A DNA stretch of 53,394 nucleotides, counting the filler, from Sluysia triapertura (lineage: Eukaryota): NCBI GenBank assembly GCA_046118255.1. It is 2 parts of 2 records of this genome, joined end to end, with 100 filler letters (N's around TTAATTAATTAA, not from the genome) between each part and the next. Parts side by side here need not be neighbours in the genome. Positions count along the whole stretch, not along the records: positions 29,827 to 53,394 come from JBJNIA010201818.1; 1 more part is not named here. One strand, 5' to 3'. Each line of letters opens with the position of its first letter. Within the stretch, counting starts at the first letter, position 1. The notes under the pieces are model-generated. The model was not told where the DNA came from, made no database searches, and was given only the letters and a program-made list of their open reading frames with translations. A program made the translations under genes and the position numbers. This document shows, piece by piece, positions 48,735 through 53,394 of this stretch.

Positions 48735-50842
48735 GTACATTTTATGATTCAGTTTGCTTTTTAAATTAACTATGAGTTGATATTAACATTATATTTTATA
48801 ATTTTTAATTTTGTTTTGTTTTAAAGTTAGATTAATTAATTTTTTCCAAATTTTATATTACACTACTTTATATTATTAAGAGTGCGACAATGGTTGGTGT
48901 TCAAATTTATTATTTATTTATTTTTAATCAATTAAAACAATTTATTGAAATTAAACCTTATTCTTTAAAACTAAATGCACTCTGATTTGTGTGTACCGGA
49001 ATTGATAAAATTTAATTAAATTTTAAAATTTAAAGAAATTTTGAACATTGAAACAAAATATGATTAACAGCTTAAGGCACACTTTGTTGTGAAAAAATCC
49101 GACAAAAAATCAATTTTTTATTAAAATAACACACTTTAGAACATTGTTTTAACAAAAAATACAAAAACAATCAAAATTTTAATTACAATTTTGGATTTTT
49201 GAGCAATCTTACATTTTTACATCAACTTTCATTTTCTTTCCTTTCAAATTTCTGTAAAATAATGGCTTTTATATAAATTGACGAATTTGCAAATGATAAA
49301 TCGTAAAAGTGATAAATATCAGTAAATAAATATGACATGTGAAATGAACAGATGTGATTGTATATCGTTTCAATAAAATGAATTAGGAATGTAATAATTC
49401 AAATCTAAAATTTTTAATAAGAATAAAGGAATATATCTTCCTTATTTTTATGTTAATATTTCTTTATGGTCCCAATTCAGATGCCAATAATTTTGCCAGT
49501 CTTTTTCATATATACTAAGCAAAACTTAATGTTAGAGATCCGCCTATAATATACGGTTTATTCTCAATAGAGAGATGTACTTAAAGGATTTTATGAGGAT
49601 AACAAATTGCTTCTTCTAAAAATGATTAAAAATTAAGAATAAAATCGGTCTATTACTTTACATCTTAAGCTTCACTAATTGTTAATTGAATATTGAATCT
49701 CTTATGGGTATATGCGAAGAATACAGCTTTTTAACCTTATCTTTAAAGGATTTATTTTTGTTTCTTTTTTATCAGTTCTGTGAGTTTATGTCGTGTAGTT
49801 TAGTTTTGTATATGTATATCAATTTATTTAGTGGTTTATATATTAATTCACTTTTATCTTATGTAAAATCAGAAAACGTCAAAAACTAAAAATGCATTGC
49901 CAATGTAACATAGGTTGTATAATAAATCACGAATTATAATTTATTACTTAGTCAGATTTTTTGACTTTACTTAAAAAGGTCCAAACTTAACTTAGAGAAT
50001 CTTTTTGTTTTGCTTTTCGTGATCAATTTATACGAAAATTGCCAACATATAATACGTTATACATTCATAATAATACACTATCAATTCAATTAGTATAGGT
50101 TTTTTTATTTCACGCGAAGTTTTAATCTGATATATTTTACAGTTAAAAATTTTTGTGAATTTTTTATAATATATAACTTTTAATCTATAATTAATAACTT
50201 ATAATTGTTTGACTAATTTAATACTTTTGATTTTAAAGCATAAAATTTTAATGCACACAATATTTCAACGTAATGTAAACATTCTTGCCATTCTTACATT
50301 CCAAAAATAAGAAATAATACGTAAACATTAAACAGATTATTACAAAGAAGTTCAATAAGAAAAATATAACCTAATTTTGAATATGTTCGTAATTTCAAGT
50401 TGGACTCCGAATTCTCTTCCAATACAAAAAGTTCAGGGACATTTTGCGCGTTAGACATGTAGATTTCATTTGACTGAGTTTCACTAGATGTATAAGAAGT
50501 TGCATCAGATGCCGGGGAAGATTTGTTTTTGGTGCAATTCTTTTATAAAAATGTTCTACTTGTAGACTAATTTTAAAAAGTGATAAACCATGACCTAAAC
50601 ATCTTAAAATCGTCGCATAAATTCTCATGGAGTTAAGCGCATGAGAATAGTATTCAACTCAAATAGTATTCATTTTTCTTTCTAGATTTTCCTTATTAAC
50701 CCGTAATTGTTTGTGCTGGCTAATTAAGTATGATATGGTACTATTTATATTTCTTATATTTTGTTTGAAAGTATTTCTAGGTGATTCTTGCTATTTGTAT
50801 TTCAAAGTACATGTATTCATTTATAATTCCTTTTATCACCAG

Positions 50843-52585
50843 GACAAATCAATAATAGGTCCAATGATAATTGGTCCATCAGTAACTGGTCAGCCATCGA
50901 TAGGACAATATAGAATTTCCAAGTCCAAAGTGCCCTTAAATGCAATGAAATCATCAATTAAGGGTCCGTCAACAACCAGCTATTCAACTATGGGTCGGTC
51001 AACAACAGGCTACTCAACTACGGGACCCACAACTACCGGTTATTCAACTACGGGAACCACAACTACCGGTTATTCAACTATGGGACCCACAACTACGAGT
51101 TATTCAACTATGGGCCCTACAACTACGGGTTATTCGACTATGGGCCCTACAACCACAGGCTATTCAACTATGGACCAAACAACCACAGGTTATTCGTCAA
51201 CTACAAGTACATCAAAATGGACACCAGCAACAAGTACATCAACAACGGGTACATCAAAAATAACATTACAAGTGGCCCCATCAAAAACAAAATCAATTAT
51301 AAAGCGAATGGACAAATTAGCACCAGGACCATCAAATACGGGCTATTCAACTGTGGGAAAACCAGGAACAACTATGTATTCATCAAAAGGTACTTCTACA
51401 ACAGGTACTTCTACAACTGGTAAGTCACTGTGGACACGAACAACTGGTGCATCGCAAGGAATGTTAGAAATAGAGGAGTCGGTCATTGGAGCCAAAAGAA
51501 TGGGCCCTTCAAGTAGGGCTTATTCAACAATGCCACCAACAGGAGTATCAACTCAATATTTATCAACAACAGGAACATCATCATGGACACCAACAACAAG
51601 AGGTACGTCATCATGGACACCAACAACAAGAGGTACGTCATCATGGACACCAACAACGACAGGTACTACGCAAGGAAAGTTAGTAATAGGACTTTCTGTG
51701 ATGGAACCATCAAGTAGGGCTTATTCAACAATGCCATCAACAGAAGTATCAACTCAATATTCATCAAGAACAGGAACGTCATCATGGACACAAACACCAA
51801 CAACAAGAGGTACGTCATCATGGACACCAACGACAGGTACTTCGCAAGGAACGTTAGTAAGAGAACAGTCTGTGATGGTAAACAAAAGAATTGGTCCATC
51901 AAGTAGGGCTTATTCAACAATACCACCAACAGGAGCATCAACAACAGGAACGTCATCATGGACACCAACAACGACAGGTACTTCGCAAGGAACGTTAGTA
52001 AGAGGACAGTCTGTGATGGTAAACAAAAGAATTGGTCCATCAAGTAGGGCTTATTCAACAATACCACCAACAGGAGTATCAACTCAATATTTATCAACAA
52101 CAGGAACGTCATCATGGACACCAACAACAACAGGTACTTCGCAAGGGAAGTTAGAAGTAGGACAGCCTAGGATGGTAACCAAAAGTATAGGTCCATCAAG
52201 TACGGCTTATTCAACAATTCCATCAACAGGAGTATCAAGTAAGTATTCAATCGCAACAGGAACACCAACAACAGGTAAGTCACTATGGACAAGAACAACA
52301 GCTACATCACTCGGCATGTCAGAAATGGAAAATTCAATGATGGGAATCAAAGGAATGGGTCAATCAACAACAGGTTCAACAACAACAATGGGTTTAACAA
52401 CAGGTCCGTCGAATACAACAGTTAGTTCAACAACGAAAACGACGGAAAGATCCATTAAAGGTACAAAAGGAATGTTACCAGTAGGAATATCAACTGTAGT
52501 CAAATCAAAAGCAGGAATGTCAGAAAATTTGGGTCCACCAAAAACAAAAGTCAGTCATGCAATACCAACAGAGTCATCAATAATG
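50843..52585 (+). CDS. Large mucin-like Thr/Ser/Gly repeat exon, phase 0-0
   Basis: ttttatcaccag acceptor; 581 open codons with TTTGYSTMGP and GPSSRAYST...GTSSWTPTT repeats; gtaggt donor at 52586. Confidence 0.8.
50962..51195 (+). repeat. 30-nt coding tandem repeat x8
   Basis: ggg.cc.acaactac.ggttattcaactat units. Confidence 0.9.
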
Positions 52586-53306
52586 GTAGGTGAAATATAT
52601 TTAATTTTCGACATTGTTTATATTGACAGAAAGATTTATTGTTTAATATTTGAATAATTTCACACTTTGTTTATATTTTCATAATTATAATATATTATTC
52701 GAGTTCTGATAATCCGCGTCGTAACTGATAACACAATAAATGTCTTAAGCTAAAATCAATACACGTGATAAAATGCAGACAGCAAACCAGGAAATTCTCT
52801 AGCAATTATTTTTGAAATCTAGTTCTTTGTACATGGCTCTAAAGCAAAATAAAGAAAATACAATAGGTGTATCTGTAACTATAACTAGTAACTTCCTAAT
52901 CTATCTTTCGACGAAAATAAATATAAATATAAAATCAAAAATTATTCATAGTTGCTATGAAAGAATAACAATTAAAAATGGAATTCTTACAAATAACTAC
53001 AACAAATACAACAAAAATGATGAAAATTTCAGATACATGAAAAGTTTAATTTAAACTTTTTAAATTAATTTAATAAACAATGACAGCTGAATGGTTATCA
53101 AATCAATTTGAGTTATGATTTAACGGTTACTGTATTGTGAAAAATGTACTGATTATTTGCCAATGAGATTCATTAACATAAAAATAAAATTTTTAATATT
53201 TGTGTTAATAATTGTCATGAATAAATAATACTATAAAATTTAAAATTAAAAGCAAAAACATACATGAACAAGTAATTTATCATTTTTATTAATAGTTAAA
53301 ATTTAT

Positions 53307-53335
53307 TACTCCCTCTTTCCGAAAATAAGAGTCCC
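53307..53335 (+). mobile_element. Possible Tc1/mariner MITE left end, Stowaway-like TIR
   Basis: TA|ctccctctttccgaaaataagagtc; the other end is not in the window. Confidence 0.35.
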
Positions 53336-53394
53336 ATTTCTAAATATTAGGTTTTTTTATTGATTTAAATGGTATGAAGGGATCAAGTTTTCAT

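Noticed and set aside
50621-50648. attctcatg/catgagaat hairpin as a Helitron end
   Set aside because: No CTRR at the expected distance; single occurrence
50711-50842. Hydrophobic N-terminus of the 648-aa ORF as a signal peptide
   Set aside because: T-rich sequence ending in a good acceptor, most simply intron read-through, though an ATG inside it cannot be excluded
51217-52130. Gln/His-rich and hydrophobic ORFs overlapping the mucin exon
   Set aside because: Frame and antisense shadows of the ACA/TCA-rich repeats

Overview
Very AT-rich eukaryotic (invertebrate, probably spiralian) genomic DNA with short GT-AG introns. It is not a prokaryotic window. Recognisable host genes: the last exon of a tyrosine kinase, an innexin with a damaged first exon, exon 1 of a NOS1AP/CAPON orthologue head-to-head with a single-coding-exon trr-type KMT2C/D H3K4 methyltransferase, a decayed PfkB (pseudouridine kinase-like) gene, and a Ser/Thr-rich mucin-like gene. 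Much of the rest is decayed mobile DNA: gypsy pol fragments, a gypsy 3' region with protease- and env-like remnants, an internally deleted piggyBac, and a pogo fragment. The most notable signal is missing from the ORF track: nine AG|15-nt|GT candidate microexons in three clusters. Six lie on the + strand between and upstream of phase-0 mucin exons. Three lie on the - strand inside a dispersed, decaying module made of a TIL-like cysteine-rich exon, an E[ND]PC mini-exon and a microexon array. This resembles the micro-exon gene (MEG) architecture of schistosomes, but it is inferred from splice signals only and needs RNA-seq. An artificial N-TTAATTAATTAA-N linker at 29727-29826 means the two sides may not be adjacent in the genome. 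All homology calls come from motif recognition, not database searches.
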